DNA of 47,701 nt from Actinomycetota bacterium (GTDB lineage Bacteria; Actinomycetota; Actinomycetes; S36-B12), in NCBI GenBank assembly GCA_016870425.1, contig VGBQ01000001.1, positions 1 through 47,701 of the forward strand, read 5' to 3'. Position numbers and translations under genes: made by a program. The notes under the pieces were generated by a model. It had not been told where the DNA came from, made no database searches, and worked only from the letters and a program-made list of their open reading frames with translations. Shown one piece after another: positions 17,938-26,578 of this stretch (positions are counted from its first letter, which is position 1; every line of letters starts with the position of its first letter).

Positions 17938-18571
17938 CAGACGACGAGCGTCATGAGGTGGTCATGGCGCGCGACGAGGGTGTCGTAGTCGGCCACCGCC
18001 GTGGGCGCCCCGGGAATCACCTGACGCAACTCCGCATGGATCTGGCCGTGGGGCTGCGCTCATCCGCTCGCGTGCGGAAGGGCGTGCCGCTCAGCGCCAG
18101 TCGCCGCTTCGCCGTGTCGAAGGCCTCGCGCAGGCCATCGCCCCAGGTCAGGCCGTCGCCGGCGTGATGGACCTCATCCATGATGATCCGGCTGGGCCGC
18201 GTCTCCGCGCGGTTGCGATGGAGCATCGGCTTGGCGGCCACCCGGGCGTATGTCGCGACATAGCCCTGCGTGCCCTCGCGCACGGGGCCGACCGAGTTCG
18301 GCAGGTCTGGGTCGAGCCACAGACCGAGCGCGGAGGCCGCATCGGCCCACTGGCCGCGCAGGTGGTCGGTCGGCACCACGACGACCACGCGATGCACGAG
18401 GCGCTGCGCGAGCAGCCGTCCGGCCAGCGTGAGGGCGAAGGTGGTCTTGCCCGAGCCAGGTGTCGCCGTCACGAGGAAGTCGCGGGCATCGGCATCGGCG
18501 TAGCGGCGCAGCGCGCGCACCTGCCACTGCCGCAGGTACGGCGAGCCGGTGGCCTGGGCGAGTGCGGTCAT
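17938..18571 (-). pseudogene. superfamily-2 DEAD/DEAH (ResIII-type) helicase, internally deleted and frameshifted
   Basis: From ATG 18571 it carries Walker A (ATPGSGKTT), motif II (MDEVHHAG) and LSGTPFRT. The frame then decays and stops at 18017. A different frame from about 18060 to stop 17938 reads AQPHGQIHAELRQVIPGAPTAVADYDTLVARHDHLMTLVV with very high GC3. The whole RecA-2 domain is missing. Confidence 0.6.
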
Positions 18572-18780
18572 GGGAGGACGACCCTGACACAGGCGCGTGG
18601 CGCGCCGCCGAAACGGCACGCCGACGCCTCACAAGCTCCCGCGTGGCTCCACCATGTGGCGCATGGGACTGTCGATACTTGTGAGGCATGGGGAGGCATG
18701 CGGCCGACGGCCGAGCGGCGTCGTCGTCCGCGCGGCCACCCCGCCCCGGCCGCCCCCGCCACGCGGCTCGGGCATGGCGG

Positions 18781-20088
18781 ATGCCACGCCGACGCGACCT
18801 CGCTGCGCTCGGCGCCATGAGCCTGCTCACGGGCCTCGTCGTGGGATGGCACCCTCCCTTCCTCCTCGGCGGCACCTCACCCGCCGCGGCTAGCACGCCG
18901 AGTGGATCCCCCTCCGCCGAAGCGCCCGCCGAGCACACCCAGGGCACGCCCACGGACGAGACGATTTCGGCGGACACGATTTCGGCGGACACGACTCCGG
19001 CAGACGCCACCGCACAGGACTTCGACATGGCCGAGGTGGTCGCCGCCGTCGTCGGCACCGAGTCGGCCGTCTTCATCCCCGAGGACGAGCGGCGCACCAT
19101 CACCATCGCCGGGGTCGGCGACATCCTGGTGCACAAGGAGATCATCGGCCAGGCGCTGGAGGACGGTGGCGGCTCCGTCGACTTCCGCGCGCAGCTTGAG
19201 GGCATCCGTCCGCTCGTCGAGTCGGCAGACCTGGCGATCTGCCACATGGAGTATCCGCTCGGCAGCACCGAGGGTCCGTGGACGGCATGGCCCGACCTGC
19301 CCAACTCACCGCCGCAGGTCGCCCAGGCGGTGGCCGACATCGGATTCGACGCCTGCTCCACCGCGAGCAACCACACCCTGGACCAGGGCTTCGACGGCGT
19401 GGTGAGCACGATCGCGGGGCTGGAGGACGCCGGGCTTGCCCATGCGGGGTCAGCCGCCAGCGAGGCCGACGCCGAGCGCATCACGATCATCGACGTCCAG
19501 GGAGTGCCCGTCGCACTACTGTCCTACACGTACGGCTTCAATGGCATCCCCCGGCCCTACGACTGGTGCTGTGATCTCATCGAGCCGGGCGTCATCGCGG
19601 CCGAGGCCCAGCGCGCACGCGATGCTGGTGCCCGGCTGGTGGTCGTCGCGCTGCACCACGGTGAGGAGGGCACCGCGCCACCGACGCAGGCCCAGCTCGA
19701 CGTCGTGCAGGAACTCGCGGATTCGGGCGTGGTGGATCTCGTGCTCGGCCACCACGCACACGTGGTGCAGCCGGTCAGCCGCGTCGGGGACATGTGGGTT
19801 GCATACGGCCACGGCAACCTGCTGTCGGCGCAGTCGCGCAGGGATCCGCGCTCAGGAGACGGCCTCCTCACGACCTTCACCTTCGCTGAGCAGGCCGATG
19901 GATCCTTCGTCGGCATCGATGCGGTCGGCTACGCGCTCATCAACCACGACTTCCCCTTCCGCGTGATGCCGGTGACGGCGTACGACGAGACCGGCGGTCG
20001 TGCGGACGCCACCTGGTCCAGGGTCAGCGAGCAGGTGCTGCTCCCCGGCGACACCAGCGGCTTCCGGCTCGAGCGCTTCACCGGCTAG
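18781..20088 (+). CDS. CapA-family (PGA_cap metallophosphatase-like) protein, membrane-anchored
   Basis: ATG 18781 gives MPRRRDLAALGAMSLLTGLVVGW. CapA-like blocks are present: TIAGVGDILVH, ADLAICHMEYPL, STASNHTLDQG, VVALHHGEEG, LVLGHHAHVVQP. Confidence 0.85.
   Translation: MPRRRDLAALGAMSLLTGLVVGWHPPFLLGGTSPAAASTPSGSPSAEAPAEHTQGTPTDETISADTISADTTPADATAQDFDMAEVVAAVVGTESAVFIPEDERRTITIAGVGDILVHKEIIGQALEDGGGSVDFRAQLEGIRPLVESADLAICHMEYPLGSTEGPWTAWPDLPNSPPQVAQAVADIGFDACSTASNHTLDQGFDGVVSTIAGLEDAGLAHAGSAASEADAERITIIDVQGVPVALLSYTYGFNGIPRPYDWCCDLIEPGVIAAEAQRARDAGARLVVVALHHGEEGTAPPTQAQLDVVQELADSGVVDLVLGHHAHVVQPVSRVGDMWVAYGHGNLLSAQSRRDPRSGDGLLTTFTFAEQADGSFVGIDAVGYALINHDFPFRVMPVTAYDETGGRADATWSRVSEQVLLPGDTSGFRLERFTG
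18961..19005 (+). repeat. in-frame 15-bp tandem repeat x3 (TISAD TISAD TTPAD) in the CapA linker
   Basis: ACGATTTCGGCGGAC occurs twice, followed by the diverged copy ACGACTCCGGCAGAC. Confidence 0.8.
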
Positions 20089-20105
20089 CCGCAGATGATC
20101 CGGCC

Positions 20106-23057
20106 CTAGGCCAGCACGCCCTTGCGGTCGTAGAGCACCTTGGCGAAGGGCTTGGGATCCTTCAGGACGATGTACTCCGTGCCCGTCACGCTCACGCGGA
20201 CGGCCGGACTTGACGAGGCGAGACTTGCCCGCGGGAAGAGCGTGCACTGCGATCCGGAGCCGTCGGCCAGAGCCTCCGACAGTGTGCCCAGGCACATGTC
20301 GACGGCCAGGCTGCCGCGGACCTTGTAGACCACCGCATCAAAGACGCCGCCGGCCTTCAGGGCGAGTTGTGTCACGACGAAGTCCTGCATCTGCAGTCGT
20401 CCCGAGCCCTCGATGCTGTAGGTGCCGAACTTCTCCAGATCGAGAGTGACCCTGACGGATGTCGACATCTCGACGAAGAGCTGGTTGCTTGCCGACTCCT
20501 TGCCCGCAACGGGAATGCTCGCCGTGACAGTGATGGGGTCCAGCGCGATGTCGACGGGCCCGAGCTTTGCCTGGGACCGCCCCGTGAGATTGACAGTGAA
20601 TCGATCACGCAGCTGCTTCACGTCTCCCTTGACCGACGCGAGTACGCCGAAACCGGACTTCACGTCGCCGATTTCGATCGCGCCATCGATCGTCACATCG
20701 AACTTGTCGCTGCCCGTGTCGATGTCGAGCGTGACCTGGGGTCCGCCGATGCCCTCGTGGCTGCGGAACCCCACGACGCCGTACAGGTCGAGCCGGTCCA
20801 TCTCGATCACGGCATCGATGCGCACGCCAGCGCTATCGATCTGCAGGCCTGCCGCGGCCTGGAAGGGCGAACCCAGCAGCGAGCCCTGCACGGCAAAGGC
20901 CCAGCCCGCGGGGATCTGCTGGATGCGACGCCCGTCCGGCACAGCGCAGCCGACCGGCGCAAGGACGAGCCGGAAGTAGTGGCCCGTTACCAGTCCCTGG
21001 CCGCCGAGATCGACGACGGGGTCGCCGCCATCCGATCCGACGCGGAACTCAAGGCATGGTCGCGCGAGCTCGAGGTTGGCCGCGAGCGCGACGGGGGATC
21101 CGGGCAGCAGGCCGATGGATGAGCCCCATCCGTCGGGGAGCGTGACGTCGGCGTTGAGCGCCACGGAGGGCGTGCCCGTGACGAGGTCGATGGCGGCGCT
21201 GGCCGAGAGGCGGCGGAGCGTCAAGCCCCTCACGCCGAAGGCATCGTTGACCTGTCCGGAAGGAATGCCGGCCTGCAGCTGGATGCGCAGGGACGTGCCG
21301 ACCGTGTAGCCCACGCCGATGCGCACTTCAAGCGGCGTCGACGACGCCGGCACGACACCAGATCCCTCCATCTCCAGCGTGCCCGTCCCGAAGAAGTAGC
21401 CGTCGAATCCCGGTGCGGGGCCCGCGAGCCGGACATCGAGCCCGAAGCCCAGCTGCCCCACGGTGAGCGCGGCACCCTCGCCGCGGTAGAGGTCGATATC
21501 GTTGTCGGCGTTGTAGGCGACGGTGAAGTGCGCCTCCTGCAGGTCCTCGCTGATATCGGCTTCGAAGGTCACGCCGCGTCCGGGGATCCCGAAGCGCTCC
21601 TTCATCGTGTCGGGGAAGACGAATCCGCCGTTCATGATGAGCCGGTTGGCCTCGATGGTGTCTTTGCCGTCGACGGTGGCACCGGCAGGGAAGGTGGTGA
21701 AGGAGACCCGGGGCGTCACCGCCTTGAGTCCGCCGCCGATGTCGATCGTCTCCCCGCTGCCCCAGATGCACAGGCCGCGCGCGTCGCTTTGCACGTGGAG
21801 GCGGTACTCCTTGGTAAGGATTCTGGCGGTGCCGGCGAAGCGCACGGTGATGCCCGGCTCCTCGGCCGGCTTGGTGCCGCGCGGCACGCAGGAGGTCGGA
21901 GCGCCCCGGCTGATGACCACGCGTACGTCGGTCAGCTGCATCTCGTCGGGACCGATCTGCAGGTCGCTCGCACCGCTGGTGAAGACGAAGTCCAGGGTCG
22001 CCAGGTTGACATCGGCGCGAGCGGTGAAGGTGGTGGGACGCGGATTGCCGGGCAGGAGGGCCTCGACCTCCGCGGTGATGAAGAACTTGATCTCGTCGAG
22101 CCGGCAGTCAGGGCCTGTGTCATCTGCAGGACAGGCGTTGGTCAGCGTAGGGGTGAGGCTCTTCACGGTGACGGCGTCTCCGAGTGCGAGGCCATCGAGC
22201 GTCCCCGTGACGGACATGGTCAGCGATGCGTCGCCTTCCCCCGGGCGCGACTGAATGCTGCCGCGCAGTGCCCGCAGGACCGCGCCGTCTCCGAGATCCC
22301 AGGGCGCGGAGTCTGCGATCGACAATTCCCAGTCGTCGGTGGCTCGGTAACCGCCCTCGAGCGTGACGCCGTACGCCCGCGACTCACCCACGGACACGGC
22401 AGCGGTGGCAGCCAGCGCGATGCCCTCGGTCGACCAGTTGATGGAGGCACTTCCCAGCCGCAGGCCCCCGAGGAGCTCGCACTCGGGAGCCTGCCAGCCG
22501 CCCTCGCACGTGATGGGCAGGCGGAGGGAGTAGGTGTCGTCCTCCAGATTGGCGGAGCCCGTCCCGGAGGCCGTGATGAGCCCTCCGCGCGATGTCTCAC
22601 CGAGGGCGAGATTCGCGACGGTCGCGGACACGCGGGCGACCTCATCGCCGGCGATGTCCATCGTCACGACCACCGTGCCGCGCGCACCCTGAGGCCCCGG
22701 TGGAGCCTGCGCCGCCTGGGTGAGCCGGACGGAGAGGTCCTCGGCGAAGTCGATGCGGGCCGCGTCCGCGGGCACATCCCAGCCCGAAGGGAGCGCGAGG
22801 ACGAGCGCGAGGGGGCTCACGGCTGGCTCGCCCTTGACGGAGACGGGCTCGAACGTCGCCGAACCCACGAGCGCGCCGAGCGCGTCTCCGCGCAGGGGCG
22901 CCGTGAACTCACCGGAGACATCGAGTCCGATCGCATCCGTCAGTTCATTGGAGAAGGTGGAATTCACCGTCACCCGTGCGCGCGAGACGGTGAGGCCGTC
23001 CGCGGTCAGTCGCGCAGTGACACCGGCCAGTCGCACGCTCGCGGACTGCACGATCAC
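20106..23057 (-). CDS. very large beta-rich extracytoplasmic protein (probably the C-terminal 2/3 of one ~1,470-aa protein)
   Basis: The 983-codon ORF is intact, with GTG 23057 in a GTGA overlap with the upstream ORF. It has no signal peptide of its own. Composition is Gly/Val/Thr/Leu-rich with repetitive strand-like segments, and there is no LPXTG. Confidence 0.75.
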   Translation of the reverse strand: MIVQSASVRLAGVTARLTADGLTVSRARVTVNSTFSNELTDAIGLDVSGEFTAPLRGDALGALVGSATFEPVSVKGEPAVSPLALVLALPSGWDVPADAARIDFAEDLSVRLTQAAQAPPGPQGARGTVVVTMDIAGDEVARVSATVANLALGETSRGGLITASGTGSANLEDDTYSLRLPITCEGGWQAPECELLGGLRLGSASINWSTEGIALAATAAVSVGESRAYGVTLEGGYRATDDWELSIADSAPWDLGDGAVLRALRGSIQSRPGEGDASLTMSVTGTLDGLALGDAVTVKSLTPTLTNACPADDTGPDCRLDEIKFFITAEVEALLPGNPRPTTFTARADVNLATLDFVFTSGASDLQIGPDEMQLTDVRVVISRGAPTSCVPRGTKPAEEPGITVRFAGTARILTKEYRLHVQSDARGLCIWGSGETIDIGGGLKAVTPRVSFTTFPAGATVDGKDTIEANRLIMNGGFVFPDTMKERFGIPGRGVTFEADISEDLQEAHFTVAYNADNDIDLYRGEGAALTVGQLGFGLDVRLAGPAPGFDGYFFGTGTLEMEGSGVVPASSTPLEVRIGVGYTVGTSLRIQLQAGIPSGQVNDAFGVRGLTLRRLSASAAIDLVTGTPSVALNADVTLPDGWGSSIGLLPGSPVALAANLELARPCLEFRVGSDGGDPVVDLGGQGLVTGHYFRLVLAPVGCAVPDGRRIQQIPAGWAFAVQGSLLGSPFQAAAGLQIDSAGVRIDAVIEMDRLDLYGVVGFRSHEGIGGPQVTLDIDTGSDKFDVTIDGAIEIGDVKSGFGVLASVKGDVKQLRDRFTVNLTGRSQAKLGPVDIALDPITVTASIPVAGKESASNQLFVEMSTSVRVTLDLEKFGTYSIEGSGRLQMQDFVVTQLALKAGGVFDAVVYKVRGSLAVDMCLGTLSEALADGSGSQCTLFPRASLASSSPAVRVSVTGTEYIVLKDPKPFAKVLYDRKGVLA

Positions 23058-24538
23058 GGCTCGGGTGATGTCGATGCCTCCCTCACCGGTGCATCGCCCC
23101 CCCCATCGAACGTGGCCGCATCGATGAGGGCCTCGTCGTAGCGGAAGCTCAAGCGCTGACTGCCCCCGGTGCCCATCGGCACGGCGTAGGCGCCCGTGTC
23201 GGAGCCCTCCTGACCCTTGCGGATCGCTCGGGCGATGCGACAGAAGCCATCGGCATCGCGCGGGCTCGCCTGGCGGGTCGTGCTGAGTCGAGCTGTGGCC
23301 GCCTGGGGCGCGACGGCGATCAGCACATGCTGGGCCTGCGAGACGACGCCGGAGGGCAGGGTCACGCGCGCCGTGACCAGGAGCGTGGCACCGGGACGTC
23401 GCGGTGCACTCACCGTGACTGCGTCTCCCCTGCCGATCGATCGATCCGCGATCGCCCAGGAGACCGTGCCGCGCCCCGCGTCCGCACCCTGTGCCGTGAG
23501 AGTGACGCGACTGCCTGCCCGCGCCGTGAGTGGACCCGCCACGCGCAGATCCCGGCGATCCTCGATGCGCAGCGACCCGCGCAGCGGCGAGAGTGTCGTG
23601 GCCGCGGCCAGGGCCGCCTCCGTCGGGGCCGCCGCCGTGAGCGTGCCCAGCAGGCGGTCCCCGCGCACCAGGATGCTGACGCGCCGTTCGATGACCTGGC
23701 CCTGAGCGATGACGCGCGCGGCGAACTCATAGCGCTGCCGGGCGGGCACACGCGTCAACTCGACCACCTGCTGAGTGCTGGCGGCGACCCCCTCGACGCT
23801 GCGCGGAGACAGGAAGCGCACAGGGGGCCCGCCGACCTGTCGCCAGGTCACCGTGGCGTACTGCCCCTGGAGCTGGCCGATGTCCGCCCGCAGCGAGATC
23901 TGCCGCGACTGCCGGGGGCCGTTGCGGAAGGCGGTGATGGTCGGTGAGCTGGAGGTGACGCGCAGTGTCGCCCGGGGGTAGACCGGCACCGTCCCCTGGT
24001 CGCCGACGGTCCAGTCGCCGAACTCCCGCGGGGCTCCGGACCAGCGAGCCCACGCGCGAATGCGCGCGACGTCGGAGTCGAAGGACTCCGCGATGTCCAG
24101 TGCCGCCAGGATGCGCGGCGGATCCTCGTCGCGCTCGACGCTGCCGCGCAACCGGCAGGTGGCCGACGCACGATCCGCGTCGATACGGCAGCGCCAGCGC
24201 TCGCCCCGGACCTTGTCGAGCGCGGTGCCCGACGGTGCGGCAATGCGCACCTGCAGGCCCTGCACGCGGGGGGTCTGGCGGGCGGTGCTGGCCAGGACGA
24301 CCTCGAAGGTGCCCCTACCTCCGGGACGGCCGGGCGAGACGGACTGCGCCGCCACGGAGAGTTGCGGCGGCGCGGAGAGCAGCCCGTCGATGACGGTAGC
24401 GGTCCTGGCCGCCGGCACGGGCGAAGGCGCAGCGGACGGGGTTGCGGCGGACGCGGGTGGCGCGACGAGGCTGCCCGCGGCGAGGCCCGCGCACGCGATG
24501 ACGGCGCCGAGGCCTGAGCCCATCGGGTACCTCACCAT
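23054..24538 (-). CDS. secreted protein with signal peptide (probably the N-terminal 1/3 of the same large protein)
   Basis: ATG 24538 gives MVRYPMGSGLGAVIACAGLAAGSLVAPPASA. The body has Ig-like-looking segments. The frame ends 14 codons after a G8 tract. Confidence 0.7.
   Translation of the reverse strand: MVRYPMGSGLGAVIACAGLAAGSLVAPPASAATPSAAPSPVPAARTATVIDGLLSAPPQLSVAAQSVSPGRPGGRGTFEVVLASTARQTPRVQGLQVRIAAPSGTALDKVRGERWRCRIDADRASATCRLRGSVERDEDPPRILAALDIAESFDSDVARIRAWARWSGAPREFGDWTVGDQGTVPVYPRATLRVTSSSPTITAFRNGPRQSRQISLRADIGQLQGQYATVTWRQVGGPPVRFLSPRSVEGVAASTQQVVELTRVPARQRYEFAARVIAQGQVIERRVSILVRGDRLLGTLTAAAPTEAALAAATTLSPLRGSLRIEDRRDLRVAGPLTARAGSRVTLTAQGADAGRGTVSWAIADRSIGRGDAVTVSAPRRPGATLLVTARVTLPSGVVSQAQHVLIAVAPQAATARLSTTRQASPRDADGFCRIARAIRKGQEGSDTGAYAVPMGTGGSQRLSFRYDEALIDAATFDGGGDAPVREASTSPEP
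23097..23104 (-). repeat. G8 homopolymer (C8 on + strand) at the junction of the two large ORFs
   Basis: Read directly as gcatcg-cccccccc-atcg. It is the longest homopolymer I noticed in the window. Confidence 0.9.
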
Positions 24539-24637
24539 GCCCGACCCTTCGCCGCTGGCCCGGAGTGGGCCGTGCCCCAGTGGGGACGGCGTCCACTATG
24601 GCACGGTGGCGGCGCCCTTCGCCCGGCCAGCGAACCC

Positions 24638-24681
24638 GGTCGATCAGGGCCCGCTCCGCTGGCGGGGGACCCTGATCGACC
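24638..24681 (-). terminator. GC-rich hairpin 8 nt downstream of the 24690 stop
   Basis: GGTCGATCAGGG (24638-24649) pairs perfectly with CCCTGATCGACC (24670-24681), with an inner CCCGC/GCGGG extension. There is no clear U-tract. Confidence 0.5.
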
Positions 24682-24689
24682 GGAATCGC

Positions 24690-25382
24690 CTACTGCAGCA
24701 GGAGCGTGGCGCCGGAGCCGATGCGCATGCCCTCGCTGAAGGCGTGAGTGCCAAGAGCGGAGTTGAGCAGGCCCGCCGCCCCCGGAGCCAGCTTGACCGT
24801 GAAGGTCGTCGTGCTGCCGGAGGTCTTTGCGTTGGTCAGCGTGAAGATCGTGTACTTGCCCAGGTCGGTGTCGGTGGCGTAGACGCGCCCCTTGAGCGTG
24901 CCGGCCCCAAGATTGGCCGTGAGGTTGGACACGACCACGGTGCGCCAGCCCATCGCGCCGTTGTGCGAGATGAAGAGCTCACCCAGATGCGACGCCTTGC
25001 CGTTCTTGACGTCCGAGATCGGGAAGGACAGGGCGAGTTTGCCCGGGGGCAGGATGGTGCTTCCGCCCGGATCCTCGCCGTTGACGGTGATGTTGGACTT
25101 CAGGAGCGCCTCCGTCACACCCGCGTTGACGCGGATGGCCGTGAGGCCGAGGGTCTTGCTCTGGTCTGCCCACGCCGCGGTGGCTGTCGGCACGAGGAAT
25201 GCCGCGGCCAGCCCGACCGTGGCCGCGATCCCGATGAGCTTCTTCGTATCTGGTCCTTCCCCCGCAGCGTGGACTCCGCGCCCGTTGCGCGGGCTGCTCG
25301 TCGACCCTAGGGGGACCGGGCGCCTGGCGCTAGGGGTCGGCAGGTGGTGGGCCCTTGGGACGCACCACCAGCACAATGACAC
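24690..25382 (-). CDS. small secreted protein of unknown function (start uncertain; mature signal peptide begins near 25247)
   Basis: The canonical signal peptide KKLIGIAATVGLAAAFLVPTATAAWA is followed by about 160 aa of beta-rich sequence. The only in-frame ATG/GTG/TTG codons lie 43-45 codons upstream (25382/25376) and overlap the previous gene. Confidence 0.65.
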   Translation of the reverse strand: MSLCWWCVPRAHHLPTPSARRPVPLGSTSSPRNGRGVHAAGEGPDTKKLIGIAATVGLAAAFLVPTATAAWADQSKTLGLTAIRVNAGVTEALLKSNITVNGEDPGGSTILPPGKLALSFPISDVKNGKASHLGELFISHNGAMGWRTVVVSNLTANLGAGTLKGRVYATDTDLGKYTIFTLTNAKTSGSTTTFTVKLAPGAAGLLNSALGTHAFSEGMRIGSGATLLLQ

Positions 25383-25536
25383 CCGCCAGGGCGACGAGGG
25401 CGCCGAGGACGGTGTAGACCGGCTGACCGGTCATGAAGCTCTCCTCGAGGAACCCCAGCGAGATCGCCGCCCAGAAACCACCGATCATGATGAGGACCAG
25501 ACCGATGGTGCGCCGCAGCGGACTGATCTCCTTCAT
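25330..25536 (-). CDS. 68-aa two-TM membrane protein
   Basis: ATG 25536 overlaps the lipoprotein gene stop (ATGA). The sequence is MKEISPLRRTIGLVLIMIGGFWAAISLGFLEE...VYTVLGALVALAGVIVLVV. Confidence 0.6.
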   Translation of the reverse strand: MKEISPLRRTIGLVLIMIGGFWAAISLGFLEESFMTGQPVYTVLGALVALAGVIVLVVRPKGPPPADP

Positions 25537-26489
25537 GGGCGCGTAAGGAACCATTGGACGGTGGCGAAGGAGTCGTCGTCTTCCATGAGTTCGCCCACGA
25601 TGACCTGCCCTGTCCAATCCTCGGCCTGGACGTCGAAGTACGACGCCCCCACCGTGATCGCATCCGGATCGACCAGGGTGAAGCCCGCCGCCTCGAGGGC
25701 ACCTGAGGCGTAGAACTCCTGCAGAGGCGTGAGCTGATCTGCCGGGAAGCGCCAGGTGGCGCTCACCAGGCCGCCCACCGCGGGGAAGTAGTCGACCTCC
25801 ACCTCGCCGATGCCCTCGCCGACAGCGATCAACTCTCCACCGTCCGGCACGGGCAGGGACGCCAGCCAGGCGGGCTGGGGGATCTCCGAGGCATCGGCCT
25901 CGAGCCAGAACTCCGCGGCAGGGGAGCCCGGGCCGGGGTCCTTCGATGACATCAGGACCACGCGCAGCCCGTCGCTCTCCCGGGTCATCACCAGCGTGCT
26001 GCTCGAGTCCGTGGTGGAGATGGAGTTGTACGCCCAACCCTGAGGGGCCGCCGCGCCGTAGGCCTCCAGCGCGTCCTTGCTCGGCGCGATATCGACGCCG
26101 ATCATCTGGATGGACTCCAGGGTGTCACCCCATTCTTCGACGACACGGCCCGCGCCGACGACGTTGCCGTCGGGCAGGGGTGCGTCGGAGTCGAAGAGCG
26201 GCAGAGCACCAGCGAGATCAGCCGTCGAGGCCGGTGATCCGATCAGGGCTGAGTAGGCAGCGAGCGCATCGTCGACCACATCGACGAACGCAGCGCTCGC
26301 GGGCGCCGACGCGGTCGCAGACGACTCCTCCACCTGGGTGGGGGCCGCCGACGATGTCACCGATGATGCAGCCGACGAGGCAGGGGTGGGCGCGGCCGAC
26401 GACTGCGCAGTGTCGGAGCTCGCCCCACCGCATGCGCTCAGCCCAAAGACCAGGATCGCCGGTGTCGCGATAAGGGTGGGACGACGCAT
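25533..26489 (-). CDS. lipoprotein of unknown function
   Basis: ATG 26489 gives MRRPTLIATPAILVFGLSAC with lipobox LSAC. An Ala/Ser/Thr/Pro linker is followed by an acidic globular region. Confidence 0.8.
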   Translation of the reverse strand: MRRPTLIATPAILVFGLSACGGASSDTAQSSAAPTPASSAASSVTSSAAPTQVEESSATASAPASAAFVDVVDDALAAYSALIGSPASTADLAGALPLFDSDAPLPDGNVVGAGRVVEEWGDTLESIQMIGVDIAPSKDALEAYGAAAPQGWAYNSISTTDSSSTLVMTRESDGLRVVLMSSKDPGPGSPAAEFWLEADASEIPQPAWLASLPVPDGGELIAVGEGIGEVEVDYFPAVGGLVSATWRFPADQLTPLQEFYASGALEAAGFTLVDPDAITVGASYFDVQAEDWTGQVIVGELMEDDDSFATVQWFLTRP

Positions 26490-26578
26490 CCCTCGATGAT
26501 AGGCCTCGGGATGGCACGTGTCTTGCGTTCGCCGGGCGCCGCCGTACGCGCGCCCGTGCGCTCCCCTAGCCTCAGGGC

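Noticed and set aside
18627-18686. A 9-bp inverted repeat (CCTCACAAG...CTTGTGAGG, 42-nt spacing) and a GAGGCATG duplication in the helicase/CapA divergent spacer.
   Set aside because: The arms are short and widely spaced, which is within chance expectation for a 200-nt region. There is no associated regulator.
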